Positions 51,078 to 59,415 of a DNA stretch of 64,000 nt are shown in pieces. Numbering within the stretch: the first letter of the stretch is position 1; every line of letters begins with the position of its first letter. A program made the translations under genes and the position numbers. Below the pieces are notes generated by a model. It was not told the DNA's origin. It worked only from the letters and a program-made list of their open reading frames with translations, and ran no database searches. The stretch spans positions 463 through 64,462 of the forward strand of contig JACKFJ010000008.1 of the NCBI GenBank assembly GCA_020632535.1, written 5' to 3'. This stretch comes from Candidatus Omnitrophota bacterium (GTDB lineage Bacteria > Omnitrophota > Gorgyraeia > Zapsychrales > JANLHA01).

Positions 51078-51563
51078 ATGGTCGACATTACACGAAAAAT
51101 TGTTTCTGCTGGTTCTTTGAAAAGAAAATTATCTGCATTGCGCCGAAATGGTAAAAAAATCGCCTTTACCAATGGATGTTTTGACATTCTACATTTTGGG
51201 CATGTGAGTTATTTAGAAACGGCAAAAAAGACGAATCGTGTGCTTGTCGTGGGTTTGAATAGTGATGTATCTGTCAAGCGTTTGAAGGGACGTGGTCGTC
51301 CAGTTAACAGTGAGCTTAATCGCGCCGGTGTACTTGCTGGTTTAGCCGCGGTTGACTATGTTGTGATTTTTACGCAAGACACACCCGCTAACCTTATTGC
51401 TACGCTTAAGCCAGATATTCTAATCAAGGGCGCTGATTGGGAAGGTAAAGAAATCGTTGGCGCTGATATTGTCCGCAAGAATGGCGGCAAGGTGGAACTT
51501 ATTAAATATCTTAACGGATTGTCCACGAGCAATATTGTTAAAAAGATCAAAGGCCGTGGTTAA
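51078..51563 (+). CDS. hldC: D-glycero-beta-D-manno-heptose-1-phosphate adenylyltransferase (HldE domain II-like)
   Basis: Cytidylyltransferase fold [28 protein letters not shown] tail; 161 aa, no kinase domain. Confidence 0.8.
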   Translation: MVDITRKIVSAGSLKRKLSALRRNGKKIAFTNGCFDILHFGHVSYLETAKKTNRVLVVGLNSDVSVKRLKGRGRPVNSELNRAGVLAGLAAVDYVVIFTQDTPANLIATLKPDILIKGADWEGKEIVGADIVRKNGGKVELIKYLNGLSTSNIVKKIKGRG

Positions 51564-51582
51564 AGATAGTAATTCCAAATTT

Positions 51583-51990
51583 TTGCGGGTGATTGACGCG
51601 AATTATAATCGCGCGAAAGAAGGATTGCGGGTTTGTGAAGATGTGTGTCGGTTTTGGATTGATGATGGAAAATTGACCAAAATTTTTAAAAGTGTTCGGC
51701 ATCGATTGACGGTAAGTATTTTGAAGTTGGGTTTTAAAGAGATACTCGCCGAACGTGATGTCGAGGGTGACATGGGGCGCGTAACAATCAAGTCAGAAGC
51801 AAGACGAAAAAGTGCAGCCGATGTTTTTTATGCGAACTGTCAGCGGGTCAAAGAGTCTTTAAGAGTATTGGAGGAATTTGCAAAATTACGCAATTCTGCC
51901 ACGTCAGCAAGCATTAAGAAGCTGCGATATGAAGTTTATAGTGTTGAAAAGAAGGTATTAATGTCAATGACACAATGTGATGATTCATAA
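51583..51990 (+). CDS. conserved hypothetical protein resembling the accessory N-terminal domain seen fused to some ThiE proteins
   Basis: RVIDANYNRAKEGLRVCEDVCRFWIDD...VKESLRVLEEFAKL. Start uncertain: TTG 51583 or GTG 51589 after the hldC stop, and the only in-frame ATG (51457) is 107 nt inside hldC. Overlaps thiE by 14 nt. The domain assignment is from memory. Confidence 0.5.
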   Translation: MRVIDANYNRAKEGLRVCEDVCRFWIDDGKLTKIFKSVRHRLTVSILKLGFKEILAERDVEGDMGRVTIKSEARRKSAADVFYANCQRVKESLRVLEEFAKLRNSATSASIKKLRYEVYSVEKKVLMSMTQCDDS

Positions 51991-52630
51991 GAAAAGGATT
52001 TTACAGGCCGCGCGATTTTATGTTGTTTTAGACAGTGATGTCGCAGATTTTAAAAAGTTGTTTGGGATATTTAAAAAAACAGTTGATGCTGGTGCCGGTA
52101 TTGTCCAGTTGCGCAGCAAGTATGGGTCAGCAACAGATATCTTAGATTTTTCTAAGAAGGCTATTGAATACGCGCAAGGTCGAGCATTATTTATTGTCAA
52201 TGATCGGGCGGATTTTGCGATTGCAAGTGGATGCGATGGTGTTCATTTAGGTCAGGATGATGTGTCTTTAAAACAAGCGCGAGCGATTTTAGGGTTTAAA
52301 TTTTTGATTGGGATTTCTTGTCAGACACTCGATCAAGCTCGACGGGCGCAAAAAGACGGTGCTGACTATATTGGTTTTGGTTCGGTATTTAAGACTCAGA
52401 CTAAACCAGAACGTCAGCAGATGGATTTGAAGCTTTTGTTAAAGGTTAGTCGGGAAATAAAAATTCCAGTGTTTTTTATCGGGGGTATTACACTTGATAA
52501 TATTTCGCAAGTTATGATAAATGGCGGTCAACGTATCGCCGTGACGCGTGCGATTTGCGAAGCTAAAAATGTTGCCGTCGTGACAAAAAAGTTTTTGTTT
52601 CATTGCGAGGAACGTAGTAAGGGAGTCTAA
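51977..52630 (+). CDS. thiE: thiamine-phosphate synthase
   Basis: FYVVLDSD, IVQLRSK, FIVNDRADFAIASGCDGVHLGQDD, GADYIGFGSVFKTQTK, FFIGGI; the last about 10 codons run into the palindromic repeat. Confidence 0.9.
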   Translation: MMIHKKRILQAARFYVVLDSDVADFKKLFGIFKKTVDAGAGIVQLRSKYGSATDILDFSKKAIEYAQGRALFIVNDRADFAIASGCDGVHLGQDDVSLKQARAILGFKFLIGISCQTLDQARRAQKDGADYIGFGSVFKTQTKPERQQMDLKLLLKVSREIKIPVFFIGGITLDNISQVMINGGQRIAVTRAICEAKNVAVVTKKFLFHCEERSKGV

Positions 52631-52703
52631 TAGGAACTTCCTTCGTTTGCAATCGATTGCTGGTTGCTTCGTCGCCCGCGGCCTCCTCGCGGCGGTAGTT
52701 ATT
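52600..52703. repeat. palindromic intergenic repeat element (copy 2) between thiE and tRNA-Gly
   Basis: TCATTGCGAGGA...TTTGCAATC|GATTGCTGGTTGCTTCGTCGCCCGCGGCCTCCTCGCGG. Has a perfect 12-nt palindrome GCAATCGATTGC at 52649-52660, GCGAGGA/TCCTCGC arms, and an internal CCGCG/CGCGG stem. Confidence 0.5.
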
Positions 52704-52777
52704 GCGAGGGTAATTCAATGGTAGAATGGTAGCTTCCCAAGCTATCTACGCGGGTTCGATTCCCGTCCCTCGCTCCA
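52704..52777 (+). tRNA. tRNA-Gly (anticodon CCC), CCA encoded
   Basis: Hand-folded: acceptor GCGAGGG/CCCTCGC, D arm ATTC/GAAT, anticodon stem GTAGC/GCTAT with loop TTCCCAA, T arm GCGGG-TTCGATT-CCCGT, discriminator T then CCA. Confidence 0.9.
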
Positions 52778-52790
52778 AAAGTTTAGGGGA

Positions 52791-53510
52791 TTGATTTTGG
52801 TGAGAAAAATTTTGTATAGTGTTGGTTCTTTGGTTTTAGGTCTTGCGATGATTTCGGCGTCTGGTTGTATGACCGTCGATTCGGGCATGAGTTCGTCCGC
52901 GTACCGCAATCAAAAAGGTGTCAATCATAAAGTTCAAAAAGGGGAAACCCTCTGGCGAATAGCGAAAACGTATCAGGTTGATATCGATGATATTATCCGC
53001 AGCAACAATATCCCCAACGGCGCTCACCTTGAAGAAAACCAATTGATTTTTATTCCTGGCGTCGACAATGTTCGATCTGTTGAACGCGTCGTGACATCAT
53101 CGACGCCTCCAAAAAGCACAGCAACTTTTGAACCAATTAAAGATGACTTTGGTTGGCCGGTTAAAGGTCGTGTTTCTCGTTATTTCGGTGATCAGCGTTC
53201 GTCCTATTTGAGTCGTGGAATAGGGATTGAGACTATGGAAGGACAGCCAGTCGTGGCTTCTCGTCAGGGTAAAGTTGTTTTTGCTGATTATTTGGCTGGA
53301 TACTATTACACTGTTATTTTGGATCATCTCGACGGATATTTTACCGTGTATGGATTTAATTCGAAGCTGACTGTGAATTTGGGCGACACCGTTGTCAAGG
53401 GCGAAAAAATTGGCCTTACCGGCAAGAAGGGAAATACGCCGCTTTTGTATTTTGAGATACGACGTTATGCGAAGGCGGAGAATCCATTGTACTTTTTACC
53501 AAATATTTAA
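52791..53510 (+). CDS. LysM + degenerate LytM (M23-like) domain protein, NlpD/EnvC-type amidase-activator candidate
   Basis: TTG start; lipoprotein-like signal (LGLAMISASGC); LysM HKVQKGETLWRIAKTYQVDIDDIIRSNNI. M23 fold is present, but the HxxxD and HxH positions read SRGIGIE, YGF and LLYFEIR. Confidence 0.8.
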   Translation: MILVRKILYSVGSLVLGLAMISASGCMTVDSGMSSSAYRNQKGVNHKVQKGETLWRIAKTYQVDIDDIIRSNNIPNGAHLEENQLIFIPGVDNVRSVERVVTSSTPPKSTATFEPIKDDFGWPVKGRVSRYFGDQRSSYLSRGIGIETMEGQPVVASRQGKVVFADYLAGYYYTVILDHLDGYFTVYGFNSKLTVNLGDTVVKGEKIGLTGKKGNTPLLYFEIRRYAKAENPLYFLPNI

Positions 53511-53518
53511 AGGATTTT

Positions 53519-55171
53519 ATGAATAGTGTTGGACAAGAACAATTTTATGGACGCAAAAAGAAGCTGGATCTTTTAAAGCGCCGTGTTCTTGATCTTAAAG
53601 AGGGTTATCGACAGAACATGGCCTTTCTGGGAGATCGTTACACCGGAAAAACCATGATTGTGCAGAAATTCCTCGCGGATCTTGATGACGCGCAAATTGT
53701 TCCCGTCTACATTGATCTTGAAAATGCGGATTTGTCGCACTTTTTTTATAAATTAGTTGGTAGTCTTCTATATCATTATAGTCAGGGACATGGCCTTGCT
53801 GTCGCAGATGATTTGACATTACTCATGAATACGACGGAGGGGCATTTACCAGAAACGGTTAAGGCGGTTAAAAGAATTAAAAGTCTTTTAGCCCAGAATC
53901 GTGAGCGGGAAGCGTATCTTGAAATTATCAGTTTGCCGCAAACTTTTGCGCAGGAAGGGAATGTGTTTTGTGTTCTTTTTTTTGATGAATTTCAGCATTT
54001 GGAAGATTTTGGGATTACCGATGAGTTTTTAGAATTAGGCAAAAGAATCATGACACAGCGTCGCTGTTTGTATGTTGTGACCAGTTCTTTGTTGTGGTCG
54101 GCGCAAAAAATTCTCACCGAAAAACTTTCTTTGCTTTTTGGAAATTTTGAAATCATTGAAATTCAACCATTCGATTTGAAATCCAGCCAAGAGTTTATTC
54201 GCTTTCAGCTTAAAGGATTGCGAATGAGCGATCAGCTTGTGCATTTCGTGATTGATTTTACGGGTGGGCATCCCTTATATTTGACCCTTATTTGTGAAGA
54301 ATTGCGGGCATTGTGCGCTTCGCATAAACAATTTGAAATATTTTTGCCGTTATTAACGGTCGCGATGGAAAGTATTCTCAATGAGCGTTGGGGTGTTCTT
54401 AGTCGTCATTTTGATCTTGTTGTGGAGCGTATTGCCGCGGGCAAGGGCAATGTCGTTGTTTTACGAATTCTTTTATCGCTTGCGGACGGGCGGCAAAAAA
54501 TCACAGAATTGAGTGGGAGCTTAAATCTTAAGCAGGCGATGGTTACTGCGAAGATCAATCGTTTATTGGAACTTGGAATTGTTGCTAAAAACGGAAATAA
54601 TTTTTATCTGCCAGATAGGCTTTTTAAGTATTGGTTAAAATTTATTTTTTATAAGCGACGCAATGTCATCAAAGATTTAGAAGACAGACAGCAGGAAGAG
54701 TTTCGGCAGGAATTTTGTCGTGCGTATGAAATGTTGTGCGCTAACGCGAAGAAAGATGTTTCATCCCAGATTCTTGAACTTTTGTCTTGTTTTGAAAATG
54801 AATCTTTATTAATCAATGGGCGTCGTTATAAATTACCGGTTTTTCGGCAAATGACACCAACACGGGTTATTATGAAGGCCGGAGGACATTTGGATTTGAT
54901 TCGTGCGGTTTCTGATGATGGGGAATGGATTATTGTATTGAAACCGGGTGCCGTCGGAGAGAATGAAATCAACCATGTTCTAGCTGAAACAAAAAAGATT
55001 ATTCATAAGCCGCAACGGTGCGTTTTAATTTCATTTGATCATCTTGATGAAAGTGCGCGTATTCGCGCTTTGCAAGAACGGATGTGGATTTGGAATGAAG
55101 GTGAATTGAATATGCTCACATCGATTTTTGGCAAATCTTTAATTGCTTGTCCAGCTGAGGTCAAAGTGTAA
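53519..55171 (+). CDS. AAA+ ATPase (Arch_ATPase/ATPase_2-like) with winged-helix and DUF234-like C-terminal domain
   Basis: FYGRKKKLDLL...GDRYTGKT (Walker A), VLFFDEFQHL (Walker B), wHTH ITELSGSLNLKQAMVTAKINRLLELGIV, C-terminal GHLDLIRAVSDDGEWIIVLKPG. Confidence 0.7.
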   Translation: MNSVGQEQFYGRKKKLDLLKRRVLDLKEGYRQNMAFLGDRYTGKTMIVQKFLADLDDAQIVPVYIDLENADLSHFFYKLVGSLLYHYSQGHGLAVADDLTLLMNTTEGHLPETVKAVKRIKSLLAQNREREAYLEIISLPQTFAQEGNVFCVLFFDEFQHLEDFGITDEFLELGKRIMTQRRCLYVVTSSLLWSAQKILTEKLSLLFGNFEIIEIQPFDLKSSQEFIRFQLKGLRMSDQLVHFVIDFTGGHPLYLTLICEELRALCASHKQFEIFLPLLTVAMESILNERWGVLSRHFDLVVERIAAGKGNVVVLRILLSLADGRQKITELSGSLNLKQAMVTAKINRLLELGIVAKNGNNFYLPDRLFKYWLKFIFYKRRNVIKDLEDRQQEEFRQEFCRAYEMLCANAKKDVSSQILELLSCFENESLLINGRRYKLPVFRQMTPTRVIMKAGGHLDLIRAVSDDGEWIIVLKPGAVGENEINHVLAETKKIIHKPQRCVLISFDHLDESARIRALQERMWIWNEGELNMLTSIFGKSLIACPAEVKV

Positions 55172-55654
55172 ATGATGAGGATCGGCGTTGTTTCAGATAC
55201 ACATTCTCTTGAATTACCAAGACTGATGCTTAAAGATTTTAAGTCTGTGGATTTAATCATTCACGCCGGAGATTTTTGTGATACCGCGGATTATGAGGCT
55301 CTCGCCCAGATTAAGGAAGTTAAAGCGGTTTACGGCAATATGGATACACCCGCGATTCGAAAGCTTTTCCCTCGACGACAAATTATAAAATTAGGCGCGT
55401 TTTCGGTTGGCCTTTTTCATGGTGAAGGCCCACCAAAAACAATTCTAGAGAAAGTCAAATCTGAATTTAAGGATGACAAGGTTGATATGGTTATTTTTGG
55501 TCATTCCCATCAGCCTTTTAATCAAATAATCGGTCATGTTCGTTATTTTAACCCCGGCAGTCCCAATGATAAAATTTTTGCGCCCTATTGTTCGTACGGT
55601 ATCGTTGAAGTTGCCAATAAAGATTTTAGTGTGAAGCATGTCAACATTAAATAA
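55172..55654 (+). CDS. YfcE/MJ0936-family metallophosphoesterase
   Basis: RIGVVSDTHS, IHAGDF, GNMD, FHGE, FGHSH; starts immediately after the ATPase stop. Confidence 0.85.
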   Translation: MMRIGVVSDTHSLELPRLMLKDFKSVDLIIHAGDFCDTADYEALAQIKEVKAVYGNMDTPAIRKLFPRRQIIKLGAFSVGLFHGEGPPKTILEKVKSEFKDDKVDMVIFGHSHQPFNQIIGHVRYFNPGSPNDKIFAPYCSYGIVEVANKDFSVKHVNIK

Positions 55655-56171
55655 AGGTAGTAAAAAAGATATGGATAAACTTTGGGCGCCTTGGCGTGTC
55701 AAATATGTCACAAAAATTATTGGTAAAACGAGGGGTTGTGTGTTCTGCCGCATGTTGAAAGCGAAGAACGACAAGAAAAATCTCATTTTTGCGCGTTCGA
55801 CTAAAAGTTTCGCGGTCTTGAATCTGTACCCGTACAATAATGGCCATATTTTACTTTTGCCTAGTCGGCATGTCGCGGACTTGAGTCAATTGCGTGAGGA
55901 AGAAATTTTAGATTTGTTTCGACTTTTAAATTATGCGAAATCTCTTCTTCATAAAGCTTTAAAACCGGCAGGATATAATATAGGAATAAATTTAGGACGA
56001 ATTGCTGGCGCGGGATTTCCGGGTCATTTGCATATTCATGTGGTTCCACGTTGGAAAGGCGATGTCAATTTTATGCCGGTTCTCGCCGGAACAAAAGTCA
56101 TTTCACAGTCATTGGCCACATTACACCAAAAACTAGAGCAACAGCATAAATTCGCATCAAAGCAAAAATAA
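55638..56171 (+). CDS. HIT-family nucleotide phosphorylase/hydrolase (Ap4A phosphorylase/GalT-like branch)
   Basis: LWAPWRVKYV, GCVFC, AVLNLYPYNNGHILLLP, histidine triad HLHIHVVPRW. Start may be ATG 55671 (MDKLWAPWR), which would remove the 17-nt overlap. Confidence 0.85.
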   Translation: MSTLNKGSKKDMDKLWAPWRVKYVTKIIGKTRGCVFCRMLKAKNDKKNLIFARSTKSFAVLNLYPYNNGHILLLPSRHVADLSQLREEEILDLFRLLNYAKSLLHKALKPAGYNIGINLGRIAGAGFPGHLHIHVVPRWKGDVNFMPVLAGTKVISQSLATLHQKLEQQHKFASKQK

Positions 56172-56184
56172 TTCTTTAGTCATT

Positions 56185-57351
56185 ATGCGTAATCGTCAAG
56201 ATATTGAAGCCCTTGAAAAGAAAACTCTCGCGCCTTACGCGATGAAAAGTGCTGACTCCGGCGATCGGATTCACAAAGAGCCGCAGCATCCCATACGGAC
56301 GTGTTATCAACGCGATCGTGATCGTATTGTTCATTCGGAAGCTTTTCGTAAGCTTGAGTATAAAACGCAGGTTTTTACGATTCTTGAAGGAGATTATTAT
56401 CGGACACGTTTGACGCATACTATTGAAGTCGCGCAAATTGGCCGCACGATAGGCCGTAGTTTAATGCTCAATGAGGATTTAATTGAGGCCATTGCTTTAG
56501 CACACGATTTAGGACATCCACCGTTTGGTCATGCCGGTGAGCATGCTCTGGATAATATTTTACGAAAAGCAAAACTTCCGGGTTTTAATCACAATAAGCA
56601 TAGTTTTGAGATTTTGACGCGATTAGAAAAAAGATATCCAGATTTTGACGGTTTGAATCTTACTCCCGAAGTTCTTGTTGGTATTCTTAAACATAAAACG
56701 GTTTATGATCTGCCGGAAAAAACCAAGCATTTCTTTGATGAAGGAACAACGCTCGAAGCTCAGGTTGTGGATTTGGCGGATTCTCTCGCCTATCTTAATC
56801 ATGATATCGACGATGGATTGACGTCGGGGTGCATTACTGAGGAAGATTTGACCGACAGCGTTCTATGGCAGAAAGCATTAGCGCGCATCGGCGGCGCGAA
56901 AAATTTTACCAATCGGGATATGCTTAAATATCAAGTTGTCAAAGCGCTTATTGATATGCAGATCAAAGATCTATTAGAATTCACTGATGGTCGATTAAAG
57001 AATATTGCTTTTGCTTCATCGGCGGAAGTCAAGAAATCTAAAACGGATGTGATATCGTTTAGTCCGCAAATGAAAAGGGAAAGAGTCTTTCTTCAAAATT
57101 TATTGAATCAAAAACTTTATCATCATTATCGTGTCGTGCGTATGACATCCAAAGCACAACGCATTATTGATGATTTATTCGCAGTATATGTTCAGGAGCC
57201 TCATCAGCTTTCACCACAAGTATATTCGCGTAGAAAGAAATACACAAAAACACAGAAGTACGAAGTCATTTGTAATTATATTGCATCGATGACAGACCGA
57301 TACGCTCTTGAGGAACACAAGAAATTTTTTAATCCTTACGCTTTGGTGTAA
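56185..57351 (+). CDS. dGTPase-like deoxynucleoside triphosphate triphosphohydrolase (HD domain)
   Basis: RTCYQRDRDRIVHSEAFRKLEYKTQVF, RLTHTIEVAQIGR, AHDLGHPPFGH, DIDDG. Confidence 0.85.
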   Translation: MRNRQDIEALEKKTLAPYAMKSADSGDRIHKEPQHPIRTCYQRDRDRIVHSEAFRKLEYKTQVFTILEGDYYRTRLTHTIEVAQIGRTIGRSLMLNEDLIEAIALAHDLGHPPFGHAGEHALDNILRKAKLPGFNHNKHSFEILTRLEKRYPDFDGLNLTPEVLVGILKHKTVYDLPEKTKHFFDEGTTLEAQVVDLADSLAYLNHDIDDGLTSGCITEEDLTDSVLWQKALARIGGAKNFTNRDMLKYQVVKALIDMQIKDLLEFTDGRLKNIAFASSAEVKKSKTDVISFSPQMKRERVFLQNLLNQKLYHHYRVVRMTSKAQRIIDDLFAVYVQEPHQLSPQVYSRRKKYTKTQKYEVICNYIASMTDRYALEEHKKFFNPYALV

Positions 57352-57353
57352 AT

Positions 57354-58451
57354 GTGCTAAATCATTCATCGAGAAAGAAAATATTAAAGCAATCGAATGG
57401 GCAGTCTTTAGAAAAGCGTTATACGTTGATTCTATCGGCGGTGCACATGGTGTATCGCCTTGTTAATTCGACGTACAATGTTCGCGAATTGACTTTGCGT
57501 CTTACTCGTCTTCTTTGTCAATTTATTAAGGCCAGTTCGGCGAGTGTTTATATTCTTGATCCGTTAAACCGTAAAGTTATTCTTGTCGCTATTTTTAACA
57601 ATCAAATCAATATTTTGCTCGATAAACGCAATGAGCTTAAAAATATCAGTGATGTTGAGATTCGTGTAACGGAAGGTTATCCTTTGATTGAAAAGCGGGT
57701 GATCGGATTGCCCTTGATTGCCGACGATAATATTGGCGCGATTTTTATTGAACGAAAGAATAGTGAATCGCCTTTTACGGATTTTGACCGCGAAATGCTT
57801 TCAGTTTTTGCCGAACAATCTGTGACCGCGATTAAGAAATTACAACTTTACGAGGAACAGCAACAAACTATTCTCGGAAGCATTCAGTTTATTGATAAGC
57901 TTCTTAAGCGGAAGGGTTATCAAGCGCTTGTGCATGCTCCGGCGTATTTTAGTGTCATGAGGGCGATCGCGGAGAAAATGAACCTTGGACAAGACGCGAT
58001 TGAGTGTTTACAATACGCGAGTATGTTGCATGATGCGGGTGCTGTGGATGTTCCTTTTGAAATTTTATCAAAAACCAGTCAGCTGACACCGGAAGAATTT
58101 AAGATTATTCGCGATTTGCCGACGAAGAGCGCAGAGTTGATTAAGCCGGTTGCTTTTTTGCGGCCTATTTTGCCGATTATTTTATATCATCGCGAAAAAT
58201 ATGATGGGACAGGATATCCTTCAGGTTTAAAGAAGGAGCAAATTCCGGTCGGAGCGCGTATTATGGCGGTGGTGGATGCCTTTGAGGCAATGACGCGTGG
58301 CCGTCCGTACAAACGTAAGCTTAGTTTGGATGCCGCACTCGACGAATTAATCCGCAATAGTGGGACACAGTTTGATCCCAAGGTTGTTAATTGTTTTCGT
58401 GATCTTTACAAGCAAAAAAAGTTTCGAAAATTCTTGAGTAAACTCCAATAA
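57354..58451 (+). CDS. GAF domain + HD-GYP domain protein (cyclic-di-nucleotide phosphodiesterase family)
   Basis: GTG start; GAF-like N-half; MLHDAGAV, YHREKYDGTGYPSGL, GTQFDP. Confidence 0.85.
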   Translation: MLNHSSRKKILKQSNGQSLEKRYTLILSAVHMVYRLVNSTYNVRELTLRLTRLLCQFIKASSASVYILDPLNRKVILVAIFNNQINILLDKRNELKNISDVEIRVTEGYPLIEKRVIGLPLIADDNIGAIFIERKNSESPFTDFDREMLSVFAEQSVTAIKKLQLYEEQQQTILGSIQFIDKLLKRKGYQALVHAPAYFSVMRAIAEKMNLGQDAIECLQYASMLHDAGAVDVPFEILSKTSQLTPEEFKIIRDLPTKSAELIKPVAFLRPILPIILYHREKYDGTGYPSGLKKEQIPVGARIMAVVDAFEAMTRGRPYKRKLSLDAALDELIRNSGTQFDPKVVNCFRDLYKQKKFRKFLSKLQ

Positions 58452-58470
58452 TTCTTTATATAATTAAAAT

Positions 58471-59106
58471 ATGAATATCCACTTTGGGAATCAATCCCAG
58501 TTTGAACTTTTTCCTGGAACAACTGGCGAGCCTATTGAAAATAGCGCGCCTTCATTTATTTTTAGTCGTGTTGTTTTGACATTCGAGAATTTAGTTGTGA
58601 TTTTTGTTTTTATGATTGTGAGTTTGATCATTGCTTTTTCAGTGGGTGTTGAACGTGGACGCATGAAGGCTCGTATCGCTCGTCCAGCTGGGCAAATTGC
58701 TGCTCCCGCGCAGGTCATGGGCAGTGTCATGCCCAATCCGCAAATTTCGATTACGCCGGTGATGCCTCAAACAATGGTAAGAACTGCTCCTGTGATGGTT
58801 GGAACAGCTGAGGCGGCTCGTGAAGTTCCTCAACGGACGGTTGCGGTGCCAGCCAGTGCCCAAACTCCCCCTAGAGAGAAAGTTGTTGACAAAGGATACA
58901 CCGTTCAGGTAGCATCTTACAAAAAAGAATCCATAGCTGTGAGGGAGGCTAAGGATTTAAAGGCAAAAGGGTTTGATAGCTTCGTGGCTCAAAAGGGTGA
59001 TTATTCCATTCTTTGTATTGGTCGGTTTTCGCAGCAAGATGAAGCGAAGCAAATGCTCAACAAACTTAAAAAACGCTATAAAGATAGCATAATAAGGAGT
59101 TTTTAA
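58471..59106 (+). CDS. SPOR-domain membrane protein
   Basis: One TM helix, Pro/Ala/Met-rich linker, C-terminal SPOR YTVQVASYKKESIAVREAKDLKAKGFDSFV...LCIGRFSQQDEAKQMLNKLKK. Confidence 0.8.
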   Translation: MNIHFGNQSQFELFPGTTGEPIENSAPSFIFSRVVLTFENLVVIFVFMIVSLIIAFSVGVERGRMKARIARPAGQIAAPAQVMGSVMPNPQISITPVMPQTMVRTAPVMVGTAEAAREVPQRTVAVPASAQTPPREKVVDKGYTVQVASYKKESIAVREAKDLKAKGFDSFVAQKGDYSILCIGRFSQQDEAKQMLNKLKKRYKDSIIRSF

Positions 59107-59366
59107 TGTCTTTGCACACGTCACTTAAAATTGATACTGCTGGCGCACAACAACGTTCAGTATTAACGCGTATTGAACGTATGAAGGAAATGATGAAAAA
59201 GGGTCTATGGAAAGATGATCGCAGCGCGATTGGTCTTCCGAAGACAAAGATTGTCAAGCTTAAAGCTCGCAAAGCTGTTAAAGAAGTTAAAGCTGAAGAT
59301 GGTGCTGCTCCAGCTGCCGGAGCCAAAGGCGCTCCAGCCGCAAAAGCTGCAGCTCCTAAAAAATGA
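59106..59366 (+). CDS. small basic protein (resembles the TIGR04137 'small basic protein' family, from memory)
   Basis: MSLHTSLKIDTAG..RSVLTRIERMKEMMKKGLW....IGLPKTKIVKLK; Ala/Lys-rich tail; TAATG overlap with the SPOR gene. Confidence 0.6.
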   Translation: MSLHTSLKIDTAGAQQRSVLTRIERMKEMMKKGLWKDDRSAIGLPKTKIVKLKARKAVKEVKAEDGAAPAAGAKGAPAAKAAAPKK

Positions 59367-59415
59367 GGGTGGTTTCTTGCTTTTATTTTGAGCAAGGCTT
59401 GTCAGTTCTTCGTAG

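Noticed and set aside
51564-51976. TPP riboswitch upstream of the thiamine genes
   Set aside because: There is no non-coding space, since an ORF begins about 20 nt after hldC, and no thi-box sequence (CTGAGA...ACCTGA) was seen.
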